DNA of 52,863 nucleotides from Pseudomonadota bacterium. Its GTDB lineage: Bacteria; Bdellovibrionota_B; Oligoflexia; Oligoflexales; CAIYRB01. Position 1 is the first letter of the stretch. The number at the start of each line of letters is the position of its first letter. The stretch is from the NCBI GenBank assembly GCA_031416315.1, contig JANOTL010000019.1, positions 1 to 52,863 of the forward strand, written 5' to 3'. Both the position numbers and the translations under genes were made by a program. Below, piece after piece: positions 1 through 9,732 of the stretch. The notes under the pieces are model-generated. The model was given only the letters and a program-made list of their open reading frames with translations. It had not been told where the DNA came from and ran no database searches.

Positions 1-800
<800 letters not shown>

Positions 801-803
801 GCC

Positions 804-2201
804 ATGGCCGACTTCGACCTCATCGTCATCGGCTCCGGCCCCGGCGGCTACGTCTGCGCGATTCGCGCGGCGCAGCTCGGCCTCAACACGGCCTGCGTCG
901 AGTACGAGGAAACGCTCGGCGGCACCTGCCTGAACGTCGGCTGCATTCCGTCGAAGGCCTTGCTGCAATCGAGCGAGTACTACCACCTCGCGCAGCACGA
1001 CTTTGAGAAGCACGGCGTCGTCCTGTCGAAGATTACCCTCGACCTCGCGACCATGCTCAAGCGCAAGGACGATATCGTCAAGACCTTCACCGGCGGCGTC
1101 GCGGGCCTCTTCAAGAAGAACAAGGTCACCTGGCTGAAAGGTCGCGGCAGCTTCGTCGACGCGACCACCGTCAAGGTCACGGGCAAGGACGGCGCCGTCA
1201 GCGAGCACAAGGCCAAGAACGTCGTCATCGCCACGGGCTCGAAGCCGATCGAGATCCCGCCGGCGAAGTACGACCGCCAGATGATCGTCTCCTCCACCGG
1301 CGCGCTGAAGCTCGAGTCCGTGCCGAAGCATCTCATCGTCGTCGGCGGCGGCGTCATCGGCCTCGAGATGGGCTCGGTGTGGCTGCGCCTCGGCGCCGAG
1401 GTCACCGTCATCGAGGCGACCGACAAGATCCTCGGCGGCATGGACTCTGAGCTCGCGAAGACGATGCAGCGCTCGCTGGAAAAGCAGGGCATGAAGTTCC
1501 TGATGCAGTCGAAGCTCGTCGAGACCAAAACGGGCAAGAAAGAGGTCACCGCGATCTACGAGAAGGACGGCAAAAGGGAGGAGCTGAAGGGCGACAAGAT
1601 GCTCGTCGCCGTCGGCCGCCGCGCCAACACCGAGGGCCTGAACCTCGAGGCGATCGGCGTCCAGACCGGCCCCGGAAACCGCATCCCGATCGACGACCAC
1701 TTCCGGACCCCAGTCGCTAGTGTCTACGCCATCGGCGACGCCGTCCGGGGGCACATGCTCGCGCACAAGGCGGAAGACGAGGGCATCGCCGCGGCCGAGA
1801 TCATCGCCGGCAAACCAGGTCACGTGAATTACGAGACGATTCCAGGGGTTGTCTACACCTGGCCGGAAGTCGCCTCGGTCGGCGCCACCGAGGACGAGCT
1901 CAAGGCCAAGGGCATCGCGTTCAACGTCGGCAAGTTTCCCTTCTCCGCCAACGGCCGCGCCAAAGCCCTTGGCAGCTTCGAGGGCTTCGTTAAAATCGTC
2001 GCGGACGCGAAGACCGACCGTGTGCTCGGCGTGCACATGATCGGCCCCAACGTCTCCGAGCTGATCGCCGAGACCGTCCTGGCGATGGAGTTCGGCGCCA
2101 GCTCCGAAGACATCGCGCGCACCTGCCACGCCCACCCGACCCTGTCCGAAGTCGTGAAAGAAGCCGCGCTCGGCGTCGAAAAGCGAATGATCCACCTTTA
2201 A
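804..2201 (+). CDS. lpdA: dihydrolipoyl dehydrogenase (E3)
   Basis: GSGPGG FAD motif, GGTCLNVGCIPSK redox disulfide, GGGVIG NAD motif, C-terminal HAHPTLSE. Confidence 0.97.
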   Translation: MADFDLIVIGSGPGGYVCAIRAAQLGLNTACVEYEETLGGTCLNVGCIPSKALLQSSEYYHLAQHDFEKHGVVLSKITLDLATMLKRKDDIVKTFTGGVAGLFKKNKVTWLKGRGSFVDATTVKVTGKDGAVSEHKAKNVVIATGSKPIEIPPAKYDRQMIVSSTGALKLESVPKHLIVVGGGVIGLEMGSVWLRLGAEVTVIEATDKILGGMDSELAKTMQRSLEKQGMKFLMQSKLVETKTGKKEVTAIYEKDGKREELKGDKMLVAVGRRANTEGLNLEAIGVQTGPGNRIPIDDHFRTPVASVYAIGDAVRGHMLAHKAEDEGIAAAEIIAGKPGHVNYETIPGVVYTWPEVASVGATEDELKAKGIAFNVGKFPFSANGRAKALGSFEGFVKIVADAKTDRVLGVHMIGPNVSELIAETVLAMEFGASSEDIARTCHAHPTLSEVVKEAALGVEKRMIHL

Positions 2202-2215
2202 TCGGGTACCGCACC

Positions 2216-5062
2216 ATGTCTCAAGAAGCTTCCGGCTCTCCCCGCTTCAGCTACGCGACCGCCGAGAACGTCCAGTTCATCGAGGGCCTTTACGCGCAGT
2301 ACAAGAAGGATCCGGCGAGCGTCGACGCGAGCTGGCAGCGGTTCTTCGAGGGCTACGAGCTCGCGGCCAAGGGCGACCAGCTCGCCGGGGGCGCCTCGAC
2401 CCCTGCCGCCGCCGGCACCACCGGCGACCACGAATCGTCGAAGGTCGAGGCCTACATCAACGCCTACCGCCGCCTGGGTCACCTGATGGCGGAGATCTCG
2501 CCGCTTCCGCCTTTCGGCGCGCCGGAGGCGCAGAAACCGGACCTTTCGCCCGAAGGCCACGGCCTGAAGAGCGTGCAGCCCGCGCGCAAGTTCCGCCCGG
2601 CGAACCTTCCGGAAAAGGAGTACTCGTTCGCGGAGATCGACGCGCTGCTCAAAGCCACTTACTGCGGCAAGATCGGCGCCGACTTCCGCGAGGTGAACGA
2701 CATCGGCATCACCACGTGGCTCCAAGGCCAGATGGAGACCTGCCGCAACAAGCCGACCTTCTCGCCCGCGATGAAGCGCCGCATCCTGAAGAAGCTGACG
2801 CACGCCGAAGGCTTCGAGCAGTTCCTCGGCCGCCGCTACATCGGCGCCAAGCGCTTTTCGGTCGAAGGCTCCGACACGCTCATCCCGATGCTCGACGTCC
2901 TCGCCACCGACGCCGCCAACTTGGGCGTCGAGGAGATCGCGCTCGGCATGGCTCACCGTGGCCGCTTGAACGTCCTCGCGAACTTCATGGGCAAGGCCTA
3001 CGAGGCGATCCTGAACGAGTTCGAAGGCACCGAGTTCAACCCGTACGACATCGACGGCGACGTGAAGTACCACAAGGGCTTCGCGAGTGAGGTCGCCACC
3101 GCCGACGACAAGAGGATCCGCCTCTACCTCAACCCGAACCCGAGCCACCTCGAGTGCGTGAACCCCGTGGTCGAGGGTTTCGTCCGCGCCCGCCAGCGCC
3201 TGCTCGGCGACGACGCCGGCGCGCGCGTCATGCCCGTCCTTCTGCACGGCGACGCCGCGATGATGGGCCAGGGCATCGTCGCCGAGACGCTCAACATGTC
3301 GCAGCTCGCGGGCTACCGCACCGGCGGCACGATCCACGTCATCGTCAACAACCAGATCGGCTTCACCACGGACTGGTGGGAAAGCCGCTCGACCGAGTAC
3401 TCCTCCGACATCGCGAAGATGGTGCGCGCCCCGGTCCTCCACGTGAACGGCGACGACCCCGAGGCGGTCGTCTGGTGCGCCAAGCTCGCGGTGGCCTTCC
3501 GCCAGAAATTCGGCAGAGACATCGTCATCGACCTGGTCGGCTACCGCCGCCACGGCCATAACGAGGGCGACGAGCCGAACTTCACCCAGCCCGCGATGTA
3601 CAAGAAGATCGCCGCGCATCCGACCGTGCTGAAACAGTACGTCGCCCAGCTCGCCGCGGAGAAATCCATCCCGGCCGAGGAGTCGCAGAAGGAGGCGGAC
3701 CAGTTCAGGGACCAGTTGCAGGCCGCGTACGACGCCGTTCACGGCAAGAAGCAGGTGAATATCCCCGCCCCCGTGATCCCCGCCGCCCTGGCGAAGAGCA
3801 TGACCTACAAGAAGGCCACGCGCGAGGACGCCGCCGCTCCCGTCGAGACCGGCCTTCCCGCGAAAAAGCTCGCCGAGATCGCCAAGCGCCTGACGACGCC
3901 GCCGGCCGGCTTCACCTTGAATCCGAAGCTCGTGCGGCTCCTCGAGCAGCGCCAGAAGATGACCGAGGGCAAGGGCGCCGTCGACTGGGGCTTCGGCGAG
4001 CTCCTGGGCTTCGCCTCGGTCGCCGCCGAAGGGCACCACGTCCGGCTCACCGGTCAGGACACGCGCCGCGGCACCTTCACCAGCCGCCACGCCGTCTGGA
4101 CCGACTTCGAGACCAACGCCCGCTTCGAGGTGATGAACACCGTCGCCAAAGACCAAGGCAAAGTCGACGTCATCAACAGCCCGCTGTCGGAGGCCGGCTG
4201 CCTGGGCTTCGAGTTCGGCTACTCGGTCGCCGACCCCGACGCCCTCGTCGCCTGGGAAGCGCAGTTCGGCGACTTCTGCAACGGCGCGCAGATCATCATC
4301 GACCAGTTCCTCTCCGCCTCGGAGGCGAAGTGGAAGCAGACGAGCTCCCTCGTCATGCTCCTGCCGCACGGCCACGAAGGCCAGGGACCCGAGCACTCCA
4401 GCGCCCGCCCCGAGCGCTTCCTGCAGCTCTGCGGCAACCTGAACATGCAGGTCGTGATCCCGACGACGCCGGCCCAGCATTTCCATGCGCTCCGCCGTCA
4501 AAGCCACCGCGAGTTCAGGAAGCCGCTCGTCGTCATGACGCCGAAGTCCCTCTTGCGCGATCCGCTCTGCGTCTCGCCGATGGAGGATTTCGAGAAGGGC
4601 CGCTTCCACGAGGTCCTCGACGACGCGACGATCAAGAAGAAAGCCGCGGTCGAGCGCGTGATCGCCTGTAGCGGCAAGATCTATTACGACCTCGTCAAGG
4701 CGCGCACGGAGAACCCGCAGCTCGCCGACGTCCCGCTCATCCGCCTGGAGCAGCTCTATCCCTTCCCTTACGAAACGGTGAAAGCCCTGCTCGAAAGCTA
4801 TCCGAAGCTGAGCGAGATCGTGTGGGCCCAGGAAGAGCCGCAGAACATGGGCGGCTGGAACTTCGTGCGCGGCCGCATGCTGGAGGTCGTGAAGCCCACG
4901 CAGCGCCTCTCCTACGTCGGCCGCAAAAACTCCGGCACGCCCGCGGAGGGCACGCCGAAGGCGCACGAGGTCGAGCAGAAGCGCATCGTGCAGGAGTCCT
5001 TGGCGCGCGCCAGCGGCTGGTCGGAGAAAGCGGCCTCGGCGACGGGTAAAGGTGGCGACTGA
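2216..5062 (+). CDS. sucA: 2-oxoglutarate dehydrogenase E1 component
   Basis: KRFSVEG, GMAHRGRLN, GDVKYH, NPSHLE, HGDAA TPP motif, YRRHGHNE, WEAQFGDF, GPEHSSAR. Confidence 0.97.
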   Translation: MSQEASGSPRFSYATAENVQFIEGLYAQYKKDPASVDASWQRFFEGYELAAKGDQLAGGASTPAAAGTTGDHESSKVEAYINAYRRLGHLMAEISPLPPFGAPEAQKPDLSPEGHGLKSVQPARKFRPANLPEKEYSFAEIDALLKATYCGKIGADFREVNDIGITTWLQGQMETCRNKPTFSPAMKRRILKKLTHAEGFEQFLGRRYIGAKRFSVEGSDTLIPMLDVLATDAANLGVEEIALGMAHRGRLNVLANFMGKAYEAILNEFEGTEFNPYDIDGDVKYHKGFASEVATADDKRIRLYLNPNPSHLECVNPVVEGFVRARQRLLGDDAGARVMPVLLHGDAAMMGQGIVAETLNMSQLAGYRTGGTIHVIVNNQIGFTTDWWESRSTEYSSDIAKMVRAPVLHVNGDDPEAVVWCAKLAVAFRQKFGRDIVIDLVGYRRHGHNEGDEPNFTQPAMYKKIAAHPTVLKQYVAQLAAEKSIPAEESQKEADQFRDQLQAAYDAVHGKKQVNIPAPVIPAALAKSMTYKKATREDAAAPVETGLPAKKLAEIAKRLTTPPAGFTLNPKLVRLLEQRQKMTEGKGAVDWGFGELLGFASVAAEGHHVRLTGQDTRRGTFTSRHAVWTDFETNARFEVMNTVAKDQGKVDVINSPLSEAGCLGFEFGYSVADPDALVAWEAQFGDFCNGAQIIIDQFLSASEAKWKQTSSLVMLLPHGHEGQGPEHSSARPERFLQLCGNLNMQVVIPTTPAQHFHALRRQSHREFRKPLVVMTPKSLLRDPLCVSPMEDFEKGRFHEVLDDATIKKKAAVERVIACSGKIYYDLVKARTENPQLADVPLIRLEQLYPFPYETVKALLESYPKLSEIVWAQEEPQNMGGWNFVRGRMLEVVKPTQRLSYVGRKNSGTPAEGTPKAHEVEQKRIVQESLARASGWSEKAASATGKGGD

Positions 5063-6881
5063 TCCGTTCAATCCCTGCATCCGGCTCAGCTTTCAGGGGC
5101 CTAGCGGGAAGACCGTCCAAGGCTCGGGTAGCGCTTACGTTTGGACTCGCCGTCGCGCCCTGCGGATCGGCGTCGCGGCGCTGACGGCGCTTTATTCCCT
5201 GGGGCTTGCGGCGACCTTCAATCCGTTGATGCACATGATCGTGCTTGTTCCCATCTGGCTCGTCTCCGGGCCCATGTTGGCGAGCGCCCTTTACAAGATT
5301 TTCGTCGGCGTCGTCGACCTCAGGAGCGTGGACGGGCGCTGCCCGGATTGCGATCATGCGCTGGCCGTGCGCCGCGCTCGCCTCGCGCTGCCGATGCGCC
5401 TTGCCTGCGCGTCGTGCGGCGCTAAGATCACGGCGACCGCGACGGAGGAGATCGACTTGACCGCCATCATCGCCCAAGACAAGCCGCTGCGCCTGCACGC
5501 CCCGATGCACGTTCTTCTCCTGGGGATCGGCGTCGCGATGTTCTACGGCATCACGCAGATCGGGCCGATCTCGAGCTCTCTCGCGCTCCCCGCCACGCTC
5601 CCGAAAGTCCCGGGCCCCGGCGGCGTCGCGGTGATGAGCTCCTTGGCGCAGTTTCTCACCGCCCTCCTCGTCGTCACCGGGGCGGCGGGCCTCCTCGGCC
5701 GGCTCGCGCCGCGTTTCGGCCAGGTCCCCGTCATGGGCGAGGTCCTCGCCGGCATTCTCCTGGGCCCCTCCTTCTTCGGCTGGCTCGCGCCCGACGCGAT
5801 GCAGCTCGTCTTCCCGAAGGAAACGATGCCGGCGTTCGGCATCCTCGCGCAACTCGGCGTCATCCTCTACATGTTCGCGGTCGGTCTCGAGCTGGACGTC
5901 GACCTTCTCAAGAAGAAGGGCCGCTCGAGCCCGATGATCTCCCATGTGAGCATCATCGTGCCGCTCCTCCTCGGCGCTTCGCTCGCGATCCCACTTTACG
6001 CGGCCTATGCGCCGGTCGGCGTCGAGTTCCACGTCTTCGCGCTCTTCCTCGGGGTCTCGCTCGCCATCACGGCCTTCCCCGTGCTCGCACGCATCCTCAC
6101 CGACTCGAAGCTGGAAAAAACCTCGCTCGGCGTGCTCGCCATTGCCTGCGCCGCCGTCGACGACGTGACCGCCTGGTGCCTCCTCGCCCTCGTCGTCTGC
6201 CTCGCGACCTTCCAAGGGTTTGTGCCGGCCGCCATCACGGTGGGCCTCACGGTCTTGTTCTTCGCTTTGATCTGGCTCGTCGTAAGGCCGCTCGCCGCCC
6301 GCTACCTGCCGCGCGACGTTGAGCTGAATCGCGGGCACCTGATGCTGGCGGCGGCCTTCGTCCTCGGCTCGGCCTTGGCGACGGAGCTCATCGGCATCCA
6401 CGCGATCTTCGGCGCGTTCCTGCTCGGAGCCGCGATGCCGCGCGGAGCGCGCGTGACGCACGAGTTGAAGACGCGGTTCGCGGACGCCGTCGCGGCGCTG
6501 CTCATGCCGGCGTTTTTTGCGTACACCGGCTTGCGCACCGAGATCGGCCTCCTCTCGACGCCCGGCGACTGGCTTGCCACCTTCGCGATCATCGGCGCGG
6601 CCGTCACCGGCAAATTCGGCGGGACCTTCGTCGCGGCGCGCTTGACCGGTCACGGTGGCAGGGAGGCGGCAGCGCTCGGCATCCTTCTGAATACGCGCGG
6701 GCTGGTCGAGCTCGTTGTCTTAAACGTCGGGCTCGACCTCGGCGTCATCAGTCCCAAGCTCTTCACCATGCTGGTCCTGATGGCTTTGGTGACGACGTTC
6801 GCGACGACGCCGCTGTTGCGGTTGATGAAGGTTGCGCCGCGGAAAGCCCGCGAGCACTCCGCGCATGTCATTACAACCTGA
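5052..6881 (+). CDS. CPA2-type cation:proton antiporter with an extra N-terminal 2-TM and CxxC...CxxC domain
   Basis: GQVPVMGEVLAGILLGPS, FAVGLELD, ITAFPVLARIL, AVDDVTAW, FFAYTGLRT, LNTRGLVELVVLNVG; GTG start overlaps sucA end. Confidence 0.85.
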   Translation: MATDPFNPCIRLSFQGPSGKTVQGSGSAYVWTRRRALRIGVAALTALYSLGLAATFNPLMHMIVLVPIWLVSGPMLASALYKIFVGVVDLRSVDGRCPDCDHALAVRRARLALPMRLACASCGAKITATATEEIDLTAIIAQDKPLRLHAPMHVLLLGIGVAMFYGITQIGPISSSLALPATLPKVPGPGGVAVMSSLAQFLTALLVVTGAAGLLGRLAPRFGQVPVMGEVLAGILLGPSFFGWLAPDAMQLVFPKETMPAFGILAQLGVILYMFAVGLELDVDLLKKKGRSSPMISHVSIIVPLLLGASLAIPLYAAYAPVGVEFHVFALFLGVSLAITAFPVLARILTDSKLEKTSLGVLAIACAAVDDVTAWCLLALVVCLATFQGFVPAAITVGLTVLFFALIWLVVRPLAARYLPRDVELNRGHLMLAAAFVLGSALATELIGIHAIFGAFLLGAAMPRGARVTHELKTRFADAVAALLMPAFFAYTGLRTEIGLLSTPGDWLATFAIIGAAVTGKFGGTFVAARLTGHGGREAAALGILLNTRGLVELVVLNVGLDLGVISPKLFTMLVLMALVTTFATTPLLRLMKVAPRKAREHSAHVITT

Positions 6882-6999
6882 TAATATTTGTATGAAATCT
6901 ATATCGATTCAGTGATTGCAATTGACCTGGTTAAATATAGCGTGTAAATGGGCGCCATCGAACTTATCTGATGATTTTCATCAATTTTCGGAGGCGACC

Positions 7000-7539
7000 A
7001 TGATCAAGTCGATTATTGGTATGTGTTTGGTCATGCTGACCACAGGCTGCGGTACCGGACAGAAGGGCAAAGCGGACCAAGAGGACAAAGCGCCGAAGTC
7101 GAACCCGGTCGCGGCTTCGACCACGGAAATGGCCATCCTGCGCGCGCCGATCGGCAGCGACGGGGAGCCGATCCTCGAGAACGCAGAGCTCCGCACGCAG
7201 ATTACGGCCAAGGACCTGAGCGCCACCGATCTCGCCGACGCCTTCGCGTCGGCCGGAGTCGCAACCGATGCCAAGGCCGTCGAAAGCGTCGACGAGCTCG
7301 ACCGGGATACCTCGACGCAGTCCTGGTACGTCCTGCCCTGGCGCGCGCGAGTCGCGAACGGCTACCCTGTCCGTCGCGGCCCCTACCTGCTTCCATGGCG
7401 TCGCGCTGTGGCCAATGGCTACGCGCCCTCCGGCGGCTACCTGTCGCCCTATCGCCAGCATGTCTCCAACTCCTACGGCTACTACACCTACACCTACACC
7501 TACTCAGCACCGCACAGCACTTACTCCTCGTATAACTAG
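7000..7539 (+). CDS. lipoprotein of unknown function with Tyr-rich repeated C-terminus
   Basis: GGAGG upstream of ATG 7000; MIKSIIGMCLVMLTTGC lipobox-like signal; three YxxP[WY]RxxV[AS]N[GS]Y repeats. Confidence 0.75.
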   Translation: MIKSIIGMCLVMLTTGCGTGQKGKADQEDKAPKSNPVAASTTEMAILRAPIGSDGEPILENAELRTQITAKDLSATDLADAFASAGVATDAKAVESVDELDRDTSTQSWYVLPWRARVANGYPVRRGPYLLPWRRAVANGYAPSGGYLSPYRQHVSNSYGYYTYTYTYSAPHSTYSSYN

Positions 7540-7892
7540 ACCCTGGCGCTTTCGCGCCAGGGTCTATCCCGAGCGGAGCGAGGGATCTCGCGGCGCTACC
7601 CATAGCGTCCGTCACGCGACCCTCGCTCTCGACGGATTCCCCGGCAATTTCCCGATCGCTTGATCATGCAGACTTTGCCTTCCCTGCTCGCTGGGCCCTG
7701 GTCAGTTGCCGCAGATTGAAGCCGAGGACAGAGGCGTACCCGGCGGCCAGTGTTGCCGCGTCGCTCTGCATGCGACTTCTTCCGAGCTGCCCCCCATGAT
7801 GGTGCCGGGAAGCGGCGGCGCAGGTGTAATCGCCGAGATCCCTCGCTCCGCTCGGGATAGACCCTGGCGCTTTCGCGCCAGGGTCTAGTTAT
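7532..7892. repeat. REP/MITE-like element with 59-bp terminal inverted repeats, each containing an identical 30-bp hairpin
   Basis: 7532-7590 is the reverse complement of 7834-7892 except the 4-nt loop; TAGACCCTGGCGC-TTTC-GCGCCAGGGTCTA occurs at 7537-7566 and 7858-7887. Confidence 0.9.
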
Positions 7893-8533
7893 TGGCAGCT
7901 GCTGCTTTGCGGATAAACCCGGCAGTAAGCCGGCGTCCCTTCACACGTCGACCACGACGGATTTGCCTCGCACTGCGCGCGCGTGCCGTTGCACGTCGAC
8001 CAGCTCGGGTTCGCCTCGCACTGCCCCTGGGTGCCGTTGCAAGTCGACCAGCTCGGGTTGGATTCGCACTGGGCGCGCGTGCCGTTGCACGTCGACCAGC
8101 TCGGGTTCGACTCGCACTGAGCTTCCGTGCCGTTGCAGGTCGACCAGCTCGGATAGGCTTCGCACTGCGGACGCGTGCCGTTGCACGTCGACCAGCTCGG
8201 ATTCTGATCGCAGCTGCCGCTGGAGCAGGCGCTGGCGTTCGGATCGTAGTCGCAATGCGCCGGCGTCCCGCGACAGGACGAGTCCCACGGCTGCTCTTCG
8301 CAGAAGGCACGCGTTCCGGCGCACTCCGGGGCGCGCGGAAAGCGCTCGCAGCGGTCGCGCTGCGCGTCGTCGTCGTAGCTGCGGTAGTCTGCGGTCGGCC
8401 GGCCGCCGCCCGGCTCCGAGACGTAGCCGGTGTAGCCGGAGTACGAGTCGTAAGGCGTGTAGCCACGAGTCGCGAATGCGGACGTGCTGAGGACGGCGAG
8501 CGCGAAAGTGAGGGCGAGGACGTGACGGATCAT
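7889..8533 (-). CDS. secreted cysteine-rich tandem-repeat protein (ten CX8C units)
   Basis: Signal peptide MIRHVLALTFALAVLSTSAFA; 20 Cys arranged as ten CX8C pairs; GGAG upstream of ATG. Confidence 0.85.
   Translation of the reverse strand: MIRHVLALTFALAVLSTSAFATRGYTPYDSYSGYTGYVSEPGGGRPTADYRSYDDDAQRDRCERFPRAPECAGTRAFCEEQPWDSSCRGTPAHCDYDPNASACSSGSCDQNPSWSTCNGTRPQCEAYPSWSTCNGTEAQCESNPSWSTCNGTRAQCESNPSWSTCNGTQGQCEANPSWSTCNGTRAQCEANPSWSTCEGTPAYCRVYPQSSSCQ
7925..8212 (-). repeat. 6 x 48-bp intragenic tandem repeat encoding CxxxPSWSTC[NE]GTxxx
   Basis: Recurring gtgccgttgca.gtcgaccagctcgg at 48-bp period, in frame within the 7889-8533 CDS. Confidence 0.92.
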
Positions 8534-8658
8534 GGCGAAGCTCCAAGCGCGGGGGCGAGAGGGGGTTCGTGTGTTCCGTCAGCGAGTAGCACGGTGGGGG
8601 TTTAGGGAACAATCCGCCAGAAGAGCGGGGCTCGGCCCGACCACAAACGGCCCGGCGC

Positions 8659-9039
8659 CTAGTGAAACGTATCCGGATGCCGCAGAAAAAAGAGCGGGAT
8701 CCGCGCACTGAACCGCCGCTCCCCGATCACCATCAGATAGCTGCCGCGCATGTTCCCCGTCGGCGTCCGCAAAGGGCACGCGCTCGTATACTCGAAGGTC
8801 TCGCCCGGCTCGAGCACCGGCTGCTTGCCGACGACGCCGTCGCCGCGCACTTCCTCGACCTTCGCGCTGCCGTCGGTGATGATCCAATGGCGCGTGAGGA
8901 GCTGCACCTTCGACACGCCGCGGTTGGCGATGGTCACGGTGTAGCCGAAGAGGAAGAACGGCTCCTTCGGGTCGGATTGCTCCGGCACGTAGAAGGGTTT
9001 GACCGTGACCTCGATGTCTTCCGTAGTTTCGACGTACAT
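8659..9039 (-). CDS. apaG: ApaG protein
   Basis: QLLTRHWIITD, VRGDGVVGKQPVL, FEYTSACPL, TPTGNMRGSY. Confidence 0.93.
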   Translation of the reverse strand: MYVETTEDIEVTVKPFYVPEQSDPKEPFFLFGYTVTIANRGVSKVQLLTRHWIITDGSAKVEEVRGDGVVGKQPVLEPGETFEYTSACPLRTPTGNMRGSYLMVIGERRFSARIPLFFLRHPDTFH

Positions 9040-9067
9040 GCGCGGCGCTCTCCCCGCGGATTCGCCG

Positions 9068-9497
9068 TCAGTATGTCATGGCCCAATCGGGAATCAAAGG
9101 GTCTTTGCCGAGCCGGCGGGCGCGCACGTCGAGGTAGGCGCGAAAGGCCGCGTGCTTCACGGCGTCGACCTTCGGGTTTTGCCCGACCGGGCGCAGTTTC
9201 AGGCCCATTTTGCGCAGCTTGTGGTTGCCGCGATGGATCGTCTCGGTCCGCCGCGTCTCTTCGGTGCAAGACGTCATGGAGATCGTGATCGACACGTTGT
9301 CCAAGTTATTCACCAGGTGCGGCGCCGTGAACGGCACCGCGTTCGGCGACTGGATGAAGATCCAGAAGGAGCGGGAGCTCGGCCAGATTGTGCCGCACCG
9401 CCTGGATGACTTTGCGGTCGAAGGCGGCGCGGTCGAAATCGATCGCGGGTTTTGGCGCCGGAAATTGGGAAGACGCGGTGACCGTGACGACGGACAT
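9068..9497 (-). pseudogene. internally deleted, frameshifted cupin/JmjC-like oxygenase remnant
   Basis: Frame A (ATG 9497): FDRAAFDRKVIQAVRHNLAELPL. Frame B: WIFIQSPNAV|PFTAPHLVNNLDNVSITISMT...IHRGNHKLRKMGL. These resemble N-, mid- and C-terminal blocks of cupin-like proteins, but the HxD/E segment is missing and the total is only 430 bp. Confidence 0.6.
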
Positions 9498-9561
9498 CGG
9501 GGGCGTATCCCCACGGAGGGATGGGAAGAAGCGGGGCGAAGGACGCACATTCTAACGCACG

Positions 9562-9650
9562 TTCTATTAAATTTCAATAGAAACCGATTGTAATTGCATG
9601 TCGAGTCGGCACGCACCATCACAAGTCATTGAAATTCTTATAAATTCCAA
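9562..9650. promoter_or_regulatory. AT-rich divergent control region with two imperfect palindromes
   Basis: TTCTATT-N7-AATAGAA at 9562-9582; TTGAAATT-N6-AATTCCAA at 9629-9650. Confidence 0.4.
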
Positions 9651-9732
9651 GGCGTTCTCCACGTGTTACGATGAATCCAAGATATCCTCCCTGTGCTCCG
9701 GCCTTTCCCCGACCCATGCTCTGAGGTCTGCT

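Noticed and set aside
6882..6999. sigma70 promoter TTGACC-N17-TAAATG before the lipoprotein
   Set aside because: The AT-rich region probably holds a promoter, but this -10 lacks the conserved final T, so no specific call was made
7537..7887. Two identical 30-bp palindromic repeats as a possible CRISPR array
   Set aside because: Only two copies, 291 bp apart, and no cas genes in the window
7925..8212. 48-bp periodic repeat as CRISPR or non-coding array
   Set aside because: No unique spacers; the period is a multiple of 3 and variation fits a coding repeat behind a signal peptide
9360..9375. Programmed frameshift joining the two cupin frames
   Set aside because: No slippery sequence seen, and the joined product would still lack the metal-binding core
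9210..9593. 127-aa plus-strand ORF
   Set aside because: No recognisable features; the minus strand carries cupin-like blocks
9598..9732. N-terminal 45 aa of the NRPS ORF as called
   Set aside because: AT-rich with palindromes and no RBS; GTG 9733 has GAGG and begins NRPS-like sequence
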